DNA of 64,000 bases from contig NC_068983.1 of the NCBI RefSeq assembly GCF_001194135.2, positions 108,943,053-109,007,052 of the forward strand. The letters run 5' to 3'. The position numbers were made by a program, and so were the translations under genes. The notes under the pieces were generated by a model. The model was not told the DNA's origin and did no database searches. It was given only the letters and a program-made list of their open reading frames with translations. Within the stretch, counting starts at the first letter, position 1, and every line of letters begins with the position of its first letter. Positions 51,191 through 63,944 of the stretch are shown piece after piece. Source of the DNA: Octopus bimaculoides (Eukaryota).

Positions 51191-53379
51191 GACATTATGT
51201 GTATGTTCACTGAGTACTGAATGAAAATGTGGCACATGTTATTTATTATGACTGAAGTCAGGAAAGGTTAGACTGCTGCAAAATGCAACTGGTAGATTAG
51301 CTGACAAAAAGGTCAAGACAAGGGATAATGTTTTGTATAGAAGATTGACTCAATCAAAAAATTATGGATATGTGCATGTATGAAGGAATGCATGAATGCA
51401 TGCAATACATACATACATACATACACACCTACATACTGACAGGTAAACAGACAGATAGATGTCTCACTCTTTGTATAAACACTTTCAACTGAGATTTTCA
51501 ATATAAGATATATAAAATATATAAATAAATATTTAAATTTTATCACTTATTCCTTAGTGACAGAATTTGTAGAACACAACGAAGTGCATAGTAGTGTGTA
51601 ATTACCTCCCTTTATATTTTGTGTTCATATCTCAAGATTGACTTAGCCGTTTTTTTCTTTTTTTTTATTCTAGTGTTGCTAAATCATCTATCAGTTAAGT
51701 AGTACGATTGACACAACTGTTTATCTACCCCTTATGCCAAATTTACCTCATTGTACCTTTATTAAAAATCCGTTTCATCTTTTAGTTGACTACCCTCTGA
51801 TGATCTATACAAAATTATTTAATATTAACAAACAAGATTTTCAAATTTATTTTCCTCCTCTAAAAATTCATAGTAAACCAATGGAGCCTATTTGATAAAG
51901 TGTCAATATCGTTCATTATTTATATTTCTGTGAATAGACACAAAATTTAACTATTTATTAGTTTCTAAATTACTAAATAATTTGATTCATTGTTTGTTGT
52001 CAACAGGAAGCATATGTTTTTCTATAAAATTTATTTGATAAGATTAACTAAACCAATATCAATAATGTTCAATATTCATTCTACATTTTGGAAATGAATA
52101 GTAGTAAAATAGTGTAAGATTCTTATCAACATGTATGTACAAAGAATTTAGATGAAAATGATGATTAAGCAATTCTTTTAACAAATCTTATCCTCTTTTT
52201 TTCTCACTCTTGCATTTCAAATCATTCTTGTTTTTTCTCTCCTTTATTAATAATATAAGTATTTACATAAAAACTTATTTGAAACATGTTAAAACAAAAT
52301 TCTAATTTCACCCATAGAAATTGCACAGATAACAAAGTTCCCTCCCTTTACAAGTAACCCTTGACAATGTCCTACCATTGTTTTCGAGACAGGGTTGTCA
52401 TTTATATTTAAATGTAAATTCATTTTCCTGTTTATTTATTTTTCTTTTCATTTCCTTCTTTTTTCCATTTCCTTTTCACACAGCAAATAATATTGCACAT
52501 CTTAAAATATGAATATCATATTTATAACAAAATATGGCTTTTATTAGTCATGTACGTTTGGAAAATTTAAATTTTGGTACATTTAGGAAGGTGAATATTA
52601 TTGTCTGCATTGCAGTAGATTTGAGCTACTCTATATCACCCTCAGGTATAGGAGAAGCTAAGTTTTCTTTATAATCCTGAAGATTAGTAGTAGCAATAGT
52701 CTTTGCAACTAATAGCAGCATCAGCAGTAGTAGTAGAAGTAGTAGTAGTAAGAACAGCAGCATCAGAAGCAGGTGTGCCTGAGAGCTAATGTAGTCATTT
52801 TAAGAATAACGATATCTTTTGCTTCCAACACAGATTCCTAATCTGTTGGAAAAACTAACAATATTCACTGTCATTTCTTATTGATCACTTGACTTTCATT
52901 AACTCTTTCTTTTAATATAAATCTAATATGAAAAATCAGAAATATACTGAAATAACATGGAAAATAACTAAAATATACGAGGGAAATTTCCATGACTTTT
53001 CACTGTCAGACTAATCATTGCAAAAAGAATTCTTTAAGAGGAGAAAGTAAAAGAAATAAATAATTTGTATATTATATTAGGTAAAAATACTTTTATTAAA
53101 TTCATTAAATAAATTAACGAATCATTGCAGATGTAAATTTCAAGTTTATCTTAATATATTGTATTTCTACAATGAAATGTAATAAGCAACACACAAGCAC
53201 ACACAAGCACACACACACACACTTACTTTATCAAATCGGCAACAAAGAACTCAGAAAAATGCTTTGTGAAAACTCAGCATTCAATAAATTATCTTACTTA
53301 CCATTAGTCTCAACAATTCCTTCCTCTCGACTTCACATTCATAGTCATGTGTATACATCTTCCTTTCTCTCACTGTATA

Positions 53380-53414
<35 letters not shown>

Positions 53415-54585
53415 NNNNNNNNNNNNNNNNNNNNNNNNNNNNNNNNNNNNNNNNNNNNNNNNNNNNNNNNNNNNNNNNNNNNNNNNNNNNNNNNNNNNNN
53501 NNNNNNNNNNNNNNNNNNNNNNNNNNNNNNNNNNNNNNNNNNNNNNNNNNNNNNNNNNNNNNNNNNNNNNNNNNNNNNNNNNNNNNNNNNNNNNNNNNNN
53601 NNNNNNNNNNNNNNNNNNNNNNNNNNNNNNNNNNNNNNNNNNNNNNNNNNNNNNNNNNNNNNNNNNNNNNNNNNNNNNNNNNNNNNNNNNNNNNNNNNNN
53701 NNNNNNNNNNNNNNNNNNNNNNNNNNNNNNNNNNNNNNNNNNNNNNNNNNNNNNNNNNNNNNNNNNNNNNNNNNNNNNNNNNNNNNNNNNNNNNNNNNNN
53801 NNNNNNNNNNNNNNNNNNNNNNNNNNNNNNNNNNNNNNNNNNNNNNNNNNNNNNNNNNNNNNNNNNNNNNNNNNNNNNNNNNNNNNNNNNNNNNNNNNNN
53901 NNNNNNNNNNNNNNNNNNNNNNNNNNNNNNNNNNNNNNNNNNNNNNNNNNNNNNNNNNNNNNNNNNNNNNNNNNNNNNNNNNNNNNNNNNNNNNNNNNNN
54001 NNNNNNNNNNNNNNNNNNNNNNNNNNNNNNNNNNNNNNNNNNNNNNNNNNNNNNNNNNNNNNNNNNNNNNNNNNNNNNNNNNNNNNNNNNNNNNNNNNNN
54101 NNNNNNNNNNNNNNNNNNNNNNNNNNNNNNNNNNNNNNNNNNNNNNNNNNNNNNNNNNNNNNTATTAATGATTATATACGCTGCCCAGTATTTTATTCTC
54201 AGAATTCTTAAGGTGATAATAGTGTCCTTTGGCGTCTATTTCTCCAGCACGTGGAGAGACTTGTAGCCAATCCCTTGTTATAATTATGTATATATTTATT
54301 AAAATATTTGTAAAATTTGCCTATAAGGTTTTAATTTCCCTGCTGACCCCCTGGTAAAATCATTAATGATTTTTACCCTTTATTAAAATATAATACCCCG
54401 AAACTAGTCTGTAGATGCCAAACCAGCAAGGGGAAGCTGCTGACCTCCCCTGTTCGAAGGTTATAAAGGACACAGGTTCGTGTGTCACATAGCTATCTAG
54501 AGGCGATGGCCTCTTGGAGCTAATCAACGGCAGCATTCGTCCAATTTTTTTGGACTGCTATGTTGGCTTGGCGATAACTATTAAT

Positions 54586-54589
<4 letters not shown>

Positions 54590-54616
<27 letters not shown>

Positions 54617-54782
54617 GCATCGTTTAACGTCTGCTTTCCATGCTAGCATGGGTTGGACGATTTGACTGAGGACTGGTGGACCAGGAGGCGACACCAGGCT
54701 CCAATCTAATTTGGCAGAGTTTCTACAGCTGGATGCCCTTCCTAACGCCAACCACTCCGAGAGTGTAGACCACTCCGAGAGT
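54590..54782 (-). mobile_element. Young family B (RTE-like) tail element with a 14-bp direct duplication at its 5' junction
   Basis: (CAT)n-CGTTTAACGTCTGCTTTCCATGCTAGCATGGG...GGATGCCCTTCCTAACGCCAACCACTCCGAGAGT. Confidence 0.9.
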
Positions 54783-55004
54783 ATATATATTTATGTCTTG
54801 ACATCTTTCTAGAAGTAGTTGACAGTTATGTAGTGACCTAAAGCATAATGCTAGAGTATGAATGGGTTAAAAGTATTCACAGAGCAGTTACCTCTGATAG
54901 TAACATAGGCTTTCTCTCTTAGTGGAAAGGGCAGATTGTATGATGCTTCAGTTTATATACAGTATTTCTAAAATGAAATGTAATAAACAACACATACACA
55001 AACA

Positions 55005-55050
<46 letters not shown>

Positions 55051-56149
55051 ATATGCTATGTATAATGCTGCATGACAGAGGTTTTCAATGCAAAATATTT
55101 GGTAAGCCAAATGGAAATGAATGGTAAAATGCACTCTGAAAATGGTTGGTGACTGAGTGGAGTCAACCTATTGGCTTTGTTAAGGTGTTGGTGTCACAAT
55201 AAAATGCCGCCACTACATTTTGAGGGATGGATGATATTAGGATAGGCACCCTGTTATGGAAACCAAGGCAGAAATAGAAGTGGGTACAAGTGAAACATGG
55301 GTTATTCAACCTGTCAAGGAGGGCAGTAACTCTGATTAAGAAATAACTTGAATCACCATGATGAGCTATCCACCACATGCCAGTGTGTATACAGACATAA
55401 AATAATGATGTTAATGATGATATTAAAACATACTGGTAAGAGGAAGGCCCAATAATACTGATTATTTTCAATTAACTATGAAGCAAATTTTTATCATTGA
55501 CAAACTTGTCTCCAGTATATATTCATTATCACCTTGTGCATCCTAGTTTTACAATAAGTTCAACACATTCCTGAATGTTGAAAGAGATACCTAAAAAGGT
55601 TGGTATCAGAAAGGGCATTTGGTCAATTATATCATATAGCACTAAAACACTGTCCTTATATCTTAGGACAAATCACATGATGAGATTTTCAAAGGAAAGA
55701 GTTTAACTGAGTTAATCAGTCTCAGTACTAATTTTATTGGTCCTAAAGAAATTAAAGGTAAAGTTGACCATATTTGAAATCAGAATGTAGAAATAGTTTG
55801 TCTTCTTTTTCTTTAGGAACAGCATGTCATATTCTTTACTAAATGAATTATTATAATTTCTCTGCTTATGCAAGATATATAAGGTTTTAAGAGTATTTCT
55901 TTTGCCATTTCAGTAAATACAGGTCTTCAATCTTGCTTCTGCACTTTTTTCTTACTGTTTATGGAGACAGTTACTTTTGATAAAACAGCTAGGGGTATGT
56001 AGGCCATACCTAATGATAGTTAGCCTGTACGTGATGAATGAACAAAAACAAGAAAAACACAAGAGGGACAAGTTTTTGCAAAGGTATAATTAATTTCATG
56101 CTAGCTGTGGTGTTATGGGCTGTGATGAGCTATGTGGTGTTAGTGGAGT

Positions 56150-56240
56150 GGGATCGCGGATGAAGCAAACGGAAGTGAAGACCGGAGGGGCCGGCGGAAG
56201 TCGGCCACAGGCGGATGCGTGGTCAGTGAGCACGTGCGGA
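56150..56240 (+). promoter_or_regulatory. CpG-rich promoter/TSS region
   Basis: About 17 CpGs in 56150-56320 within an AT-rich background; ETS motifs CGGAAGT at 56170 and 56195; E-box CACGTG at 56231. Confidence 0.7.
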
Positions 56241-56317
56241 CAGTTGCAGCAGAGACGGCATGCGTAGAAGTTGTTGTTTGATCTGGAGTGATCGTTTATC
56301 CCGCCACGGTCGACAAG
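56200..56317 (+). other. Probable first exon (likely 5' UTR) of an unidentified + strand gene; 5' boundary approximate
   Basis: Strong donor CAAG|GTAAGG at 56317/56318 at the end of the CpG-rich block. Confidence 0.55.
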
Positions 56318-59300
56318 GTAAGGGCACTGTATTTCTTTCTCCCTTTTGCTTCTTGTTGTCTTTTTCCTCCATCACACCACACTAGCTTATGTGCATGAAT
56401 TGAAAGATGAGTTTTTGAAGAAGAAAAAAGTAATATTTTAGATATTATATCATGATATTTATTAAAAGCAAAGCCAAATTAATATGAATAGGATGTCTTA
56501 AATCAACACCTAGTTTACACTTTAACCAGCTCTAAAATCATAAAGGAACAATAATTATTTGTAATAAGATTTGTTAAATTCCCAGGATTAATGGTTATAA
56601 ATTTATGTTGACTTTGTTTCAATTTCAAATTAAATATCTTGAAGGGAAATTTTCTTTTATTACCTTTTATATTAAAATACAAAATAATTATAATAGAATT
56701 TACTATAATTGGTTATAGAGTTAAGTAGATATGTTTTAGATAACAAATAAATGAGCTACTTAAAGAAGTGACTGAAGGCATGTATAATAAGTAGGAAATT
56801 AGTAACCAAAACACAGAAATTAATTAGTTCTTCCATATTAAAATACTTTTACAATTATTAGAATAAATTTTTGATTACTAGAATCCATTCATATCAAGAA
56901 ATTAGCAATCATTGTTTTGTCACCAATTGAATAGTTTGTTTGAAGTGAATATTTATATTTACTGCAATAAGACTTTTGTTTTTAATATTTTTCTCAACAT
57001 AAGCAGAAAGACTGAACTGAACCTGAATTAGGGATTGCATCATTATATAGCTTTCTAGCTTTCACTACATTAGAATCTTCTAAATTCACATGAAAATTGC
57101 TACCAGTAGATGGCTTCAAAAGCTTATGTCACAGAACACTCTAAATAAACAATGGATAAATTCTATTATTTCTACACAGTTAAAAATAAAGTTGCTGCAG
57201 GCTTGTTAACTTTTACACAATTTGGAATAGTTCAATGCAATTATTCATAATATGCCTTATAAGCTATGGAAACAATGAGTATATGAAATATATTCTCATT
57301 AAATAAACTTTGCAAGCATACACTGAGTATTATAACTGAAAATAGAAAATGTCTATAAATTTGATCAACATTTACAAAGCAGAATATAATATTACCCACT
57401 TTTTTTCTAACTATACAATTTCATCACTATCACATCATGTGTATGGAAATAGATTCATGTTTGATTGGTAAAATAAATAGATAAAAAAAATTTGTTAAAT
57501 AATTCATGTCTTAACTCAGCTAGGTATTGTAATAATAATATATACTGATCAGTTCTTTCCACACTATTTCACTAAAATTCTAATAACAATGATGTAAAAA
57601 GTAATAATAAATAGCTCAAATTTTCTGAGAGTAACTTTCAAACTACCTCATCTTCAAACAAGAATTTAGACAATTTTTCTCTTGTTGATGAAAATGGCAA
57701 TAATTTAAAGAAATTGCCATACAAAGAGACCTTTACAAAGAAACTTACATAACAGTAGGAAGATCAGATTATCATTTTGTATGTTAGCACAATAGAAAAG
57801 CTAAACATTGTCCAACCTGTTATTTGAAAGAAAATTATTTTATAGGAAAGCTATAAAATATCCCAACCATCATAAAAAAGAAAAAATTGAAATTTATATG
57901 CTGCCTTGCAAAAAATAATGTATTTGTAAAGTAGTATGATATATAAATGGGAGAGGTCTAACATCCAACAATCACATTAATAAAATCATAATAAAAAGTG
58001 AAACATTATACACTGATATCAAATCTTATATTTGATTGGCTAAAAGATGTGTTAAAAATATGAATGCTGCCTGCATATTAAAATGGTAATAAATTTTACA
58101 GCTCTCAGATTTGGGACGTAAGGTAATAAAGAATGTTTTGAGTTAAATGTTTAATGGTTAAATAATGTGAGTTGGAAATCATTTCTTCGATTGACATACA
58201 GCCAATTTTTGTAGAAGGTTATATTCAAATCAAGCAATTCAAGCATTGTACAAGTACAGGTTTTATCAATCCTCACAGAATTCGGAATTAGGACTTGGGA
58301 GTATGAAGCTAAACACTGTAAGGTATTTAGTAAATTATTACTTATGTCAGCACTCTCCCTCCCTATGACACTGAAAATGTAACATATGAAAATATTTGCT
58401 TGGTTAGTTTTTTCATTAAACTGATGCTAAATTGTGAAAATCAGAAGCAAGATGACAAAATATTCTATCAAGATAATTTTTTTTCTTTTAATGCTAAAAT
58501 GGGCAATTTGATAAAGAGTGATTGACCTTGGTCTTGAGAAAATGAGATAAGAATAAACTGCAAATTTGAAAAAAATAATAATAATATTAAAAAAAACCAT
58601 TATATAAGGTAAAAAAAAATTACTTTGAAGTTTATAAGAGTTTCAATATTTGACTAATGTTTAAGATAATATGAATTTAAGAATATCTTTGCAAGTTGTA
58701 ATCTATTTTATCTTAAACATTTTGTTTTCTAGTAGTCTAAATATATAAATTGCTTGCTATCTCAGATTTAATTTTTATATAAAGAAAAGTCTTATGTCAT
58801 TCTGTGAATACCTTATATTATTAATCTCTAAGACAAGATCAAGCATAAAAACATCAACATTTTTACTTTCAAATACCTGAAATAAGGATCAAACTCTATT
58901 TTAGAGCAAAATATAGTTTTTTCTCTAAATTTCAAAAGCAAGGCAGTTAAGTTTTTAAAAATTTCTTATATTAGGAAGTACAGGCAAATTATAGATAAAT
59001 TAAATATCATTTAAGCAGACTAATCATTTCCAAGTTGAATCAACTCTACTTTTCTGATTTTCCTCTACCTTTCAACTTGAACTCTTTCCCGTACAGACTC
59101 CTTTTATATCTCACTGTTTAATCCTTTTGATACCAACCCACCTGAGACTACCCCAGTTTCTATGATATGAAATTCCTGTTTTAAAATCACTTAAATTAAA
59201 ATCTACCATCAAAATTTCATGTTATTTATGTTCCAAACACCAATTATATTTTACTAAATTCTTCACATTTAGAATTAAATAAAACAAAGGTAATATATTA

Positions 59301-60434
59301 CAACAGAAACATATTAACAAAAGAGTTTTTAGAACTGGTTAGATGGGTTACTGATATTTGGTTAGGCTGATTAGACTGTTATTACCCATATTAAATCCAA
59401 GTCTATTTTACATTTTTATGAAACCATCTATTTATATAAACTTAATGATTACAATAGTTACTTGCCAGAGGCCGTATTGCTATAGCCACTTGTGGTTTAT
59501 ATATATGTATATGTTCACCAAGAATAGTATAGCTACATCTTAATGAGGGGTGAGGGGTGAGAATTAGACAGGTTATCTGTCTGTGTTTGCAGAGGTGAGA
59601 AGAGGGGAGAATATTGTGTTCATGGTATACAAAATGATTCTTTTTAACATGAGGTCAAGCAGCTGACCCAGAATCTTCCTCATCTATCTTCTCTGGGATC
59701 TCTCAAAGCTTTTCACTTATTGTCCCACACTTCCATATTCATAACCAAACTTTGGTGAAAGACTCATGGAAATTTCAATTCCAAGAGTTTCCATCGAATT
59801 TTCCATCAAAATTTCCATCAAATGATTGCAGGTCAGAATTCAGAGCAAGTCATCTGATATGTTGTGACTTGCTTCTTATCTCAGAGCTACTGCAATTTCA
59901 AATCTAAGCCCAACTACAAGTTAAAGACTAATTTATATCCTTCTCTCTTTCATCTCTGAAGAAGGACCCAATTCAGACATTAGATTTTCATGTTTATCTT
60001 TCTCAGTTCTATTAGAAAAGGAATACTTGGATTGACTCAAAAATTATTTGATAGTTTATATGATGTTTTATTGATGATTTGTATGATAATATATGTAATA
60101 TAATTACAGACAAATGGTAAATAATTGCACAGAACATGCTATAAATAAAGATGCATGAAAGGGAAGTATAACTCTAGTTGAATAATACCAAGTCCCATTT
60201 ATTAATATATAACTGACAAAAATGTTGTTCTAGAAAAATTTGGTCCGAAAAGATAAAAGCATTTATTGATAGTAAAAGTAAATTGTAGTGTTGTAGGAGA
60301 GCTGAATCTGAGAACAAATTGTAATACTTGATGTTGCCATGTCACTAAAACTCACTACTCTAGCATTACTACAATATATTTCCATCATATACTCAGCCAA
60401 TAAGCTTATGGAAGCAGAGATATTTTATTAAACC

Positions 60435-60477
<43 letters not shown>

Positions 60478-60483
<6 letters not shown>

Positions 60484-60775
60484 TAAATTCAAATTACGCC
60501 AAACATAAACAAACAAGCGAAGCTTGCTTTTAGAAGCGTTGAGATGTATTTTTATAGAAAGTTAAGGAAGTGATGTTTAAATTCTCATCTTAATTTGCAG
60601 AGGAATTTGTGGTGGGTAGTTTAGCTTAATCGGCAAAAGCATCGTCACATGTAATGACGGGGATGTGAGTTCGAGTCCACAGCTGGCCACCTACACTTTT
60701 CTCTGCAAAAATAGGGATAGTTTATCCTGTTCAGGCTATATTATTAGCATTATTCTGCGATTGAGTATATATATA
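60478..60775. mobile_element. About 300-bp insert with an internal tRNA-like unit, flanked by direct repeats
   Basis: TTATTAAACCTTAAT(AT)n at 60426 and 60776 bracket the insert. Confidence 0.6.
60614..60689 (+). tRNA. tRNA-like pseudogene or SINE head, Thr(TGT)-like anticodon, non-canonical
   Basis: TAGCTTAATCGG A box; D stem GCTT/AAGC; perfect anticodon stem CGTCA/TGACG with loop CATGTAA; GTTCGAGTCC B box; defects are A instead of U33, broken T stem and imperfect acceptor stem. Confidence 0.55.
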
Positions 60776-60785
60776 TTATTAAACC

Positions 60786-60831
<46 letters not shown>

Positions 60832-61741
60832 TACAGATATAGTTTCTAAATTAAAATATATTTCAGAGAACTAAACTTAAATTTGTTACTGCTAAATATA
60901 AGTAGATGCATCTCAAGCTAATCATAACATCTAAGCTGCTTACTACATGAACTTCAATAATTTTAATAAAGAATTTGGTATAGTTGACAGGCCCTCACAT
61001 TATCCGTAATTTCACAGGAATTAAATCGACATATATTTAGATTGTACTATATTCATCTAAACACTTAAGCAGTTTCAGCATGAAAGGTTGTAAGCTAAGA
61101 GTAAAAGAAATACACATACAAATTTTGAAAATTTCTAATATAATACACAACTATTTTTAGAGAATCATTCTCAGTTTCTCTGGGGTTTTTTTTTTGTTTT
61201 TAGATATATTTCATTATATTTTATACACAACTTATTTTTTTGAAAAATACTTTAGTCAAATTAGAATGGATTTTATTTTTCTAATTATCTTTAGTTAAGA
61301 ATTTAGTTCTGAAGTTGATACTTTTTTTCAAATTTCAGATAGAAAGCTGATTTGAAGTTTTGCATGATTAAGAAATTATTTTTATATCCTTCAGAGGCTA
61401 TTAATTTCTGAGATATTTGCTGTTTTAATAACAGATTTTTATGTATTTATTTTCTATCCAGGCCATTGATTCTCCTAATTGCAAAATATTCTTCAGAGTT
61501 GTGTAAAACAATTTCTATTTTTACCTTGTACGCCTCAGACTCGAAGAAGACTCGAAGAAAGACAATTCTAAGAACATGTCAACAAGGACTGTGAGACAAA
61601 TTAGAGCAAATGTCCCATGCTTGGTAACATAATGGTACTGATAATAAAGAGTAACATTTAGTTTTATAAAGAATTAAATCAAATATGTCAGCATTATATT
61701 CCAGAGAGAAAAATATGAACATTATTATTTCCAACGTATAG

Positions 61742-61950
61742 TGGTGAACTGGCAGAAAGATCAGGGTAATGGACAAAATGCCTCACAGTATTTCATCTGG
61801 CACTTTATGTTCTGAGGTCAAATCCTGCCAAAGTCAACTTTCTATTTCATCTTTTTTGGAATCCAATAAATAAAGTACCAGTCAAGTACTGGGGTCAATG
61901 ATCTTGACTAAAGCCCTTCCCACAGGCTTCAGGCTTAATGTCTTTATCAG
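61742..61950 (+). mobile_element. SINE family D
   Basis: GGTGAACTGGCAGAA...TTCTGAGGTCAAATCC...TAAAGTACCAGTCAAGTACTGGGGTCAAT. Confidence 0.8.
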
Positions 61951-62013
61951 AAACAATTTTAGAGCAACTGCTGTCATCATGTATTATACACATTTGCAGC
62001 TCATTGATGACAC

Positions 62014-62253
62014 TCTCTTTTACTTGTTTCAGTCATTTGACTGTGGCCATGCTGGAGCACTGCTTTTAGTCGAGCGAATCAACCCCAGGACTTATTCTTT
62101 GTAAGCCCAGTACTTATTGTATCGGTCTGTTTTGCTGAACCACTAAGTTACAGGGACGTAAACACACCAGAATCGGTTGTCAAGCGATGTTGGGGGGACA
62201 AACACAGACACGCAAACATATACACACACATACATATATACACNNNNNNNNNN

Positions 62254-62286
<33 letters not shown>

Positions 62287-62438
62287 GATGGGCTTCTTTC
62301 AGTTTCCGTCTACCAAATCCACTCTCAAGGCATTGGTCAGCCCGAGGCTATAATAGAAGATACTTACCCAAGGTGCCACGCAGTGGGACTGAACATGGAA
62401 CCATGTGGTTTGTAAGCAAGCTACTTACTGCACAGCCA
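62014..62438 (-). mobile_element. SINE family A, full length
   Basis: CTTGTTTCAGTCATTTGACTGTGGCCATGCTGGAGC...CAAGGTGCCACGCAGTGGGACTGAAC...CCATGTGG. Confidence 0.92.
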
Positions 62439-62652
62439 ACAAAAATTTTCCCAATTAAAAGTGGGTTCTCCCATTGGATGAAGCCATAGCATTGCTATGT
62501 AGTTAGGAAGAAAATTTCATAACTACACAACCATGACCGTGCTCATCTTTTATCTGTTTCACTCACTGGACTGCAGCCATGTTGGGGCACTACCTCGAAT
62601 GGTTTTAGTTGAACAAATTGATGCCAGTACTTATTATTAAGTATCACTGTAA

Positions 62653-62865
62653 GGAGGTGAGCTGGCAGAATCATTAGCATTAGCTTAGTGACATTTCATT
62701 TGTCTTTGTCTTGAGTTCAAATTCTCCTGAGGATGACTTTACCTGTCATCCTTTAGGGGCTGATAAAATAAGTAGCAGTTGAGTAGTGGGGTTAGTGTAA
62801 TTGACTCAACCACTACCTCCAAATTTCAGGCCTTGTGCCTATGGTAGAAAGGATTACAAGGTGTC
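62653..62865 (+). mobile_element. SINE family D
   Basis: GGTGAGCTGGCAGAATCATTAGC...TGAGTTCAAATTC...TCATCCTTTAGGGGCTGATAAAATAAGTAGCAG. Confidence 0.85.
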
Positions 62866-63884
62866 ACTGTAGGAGGGGAGACAAGCAGCTAAATTTCCTT
62901 TAAATCACAGACCTTTTCGTTTGAGAATATTCTCAAAATTATTTTTATCTCTTTTTATTTACAGAAAAGGTTTCCCCAATCATTATTAAGTGTGTAGTGC
63001 CAAAAGACTGACCAAAATTGCTCTCGAGTGTGGTGAAGAAAAATCATAAATTTTCAAACATTTTTTTCTTAAAAAGCTTCCCCACATCCTTTCCAAGGAC
63101 AAGGTAAAAAAAACAAAAACTGGAAAAATCCCCATCGAAACGTAGAAAATCTAATTTACGTGGACATTCTGATCTGAATCTCTGCTGTTTACAACCATTT
63201 TTAAATAGTCCATTAAAATTTTATTGAATTGGTATCATGTCCTGAAATCTCAGGATTTATTTAGTTCTTTACCTACAACAAATGTGTCAAAACTGAAGCC
63301 CTTGTGGCTTGTACTTTTGAATTTAGCTAGGCCTGAAAACATTGCAAAATCGACTGTTTCTTACATGCAACAAAATAGGCTTTACATAAATATTTTAAAA
63401 ATTGCCAAAAAAAAGTTTCATTTTCAAGAATCTGAAAAAAATGCTATCCTATGGAAATTATAAATTCCTGCAATTTGAAGATGATTATCACATCAGTTTT
63501 AAAGATATGACATCACAAATATGGCTAATTATTCATTGAGGTTTAATTGAGCAAGATTTTGACCAATTTGCTGACCATTCAAACTGTCAGATTTCCTAAA
63601 ATATTAATCCAAATTTCCCAAATGAGGTATCAAGATGTTCCGTTTTGGATGTTCTTCAAGAAAAAATAGAGTAGAAGTTGGATTTAAATATTTTCAAAAG
63701 TTTATAGAGATACCTATTATTATTTTTTAAAGCCTTTTTCTACTGGTCTTTTTTGTTGAACTGCTGAGTTACAGAAATATAAACAAGCCAACACTGGTTG
63801 TTAGGCAGTGGTGAGGGACAAACACAAAGGCACACATACACAAACATATGTATACATACATACATACATACATACATACATACA

Positions 63885-63944
63885 TTTTAGGAAGTTAAAT
63901 GTTATGGTCACTATGATTGGCCATAACATTTAACTTCCTTAAAA
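63885..63944. repeat. Near-perfect hairpin with 21-bp core stem and 7-nt loop
   Basis: GGAAGTTAAATGTTATGGTCA-CTATGAT-TGGCCATAACATTTAACTTCC, one G-U wobble. Confidence 0.9.

Noticed and set aside
61462-61623. Possible exon 2 of the + gene with ATG (MSTRTVRQIRANVPCL)
   Set aside because: Acceptor is plausible but donor GTAACA is weak and the peptide is unrecognised
62870-63760. Possible non-autonomous DNA transposon; also a strong + acceptor at 62964
   Set aside because: No TIRs or TSD could be identified and the frames after the acceptor close quickly
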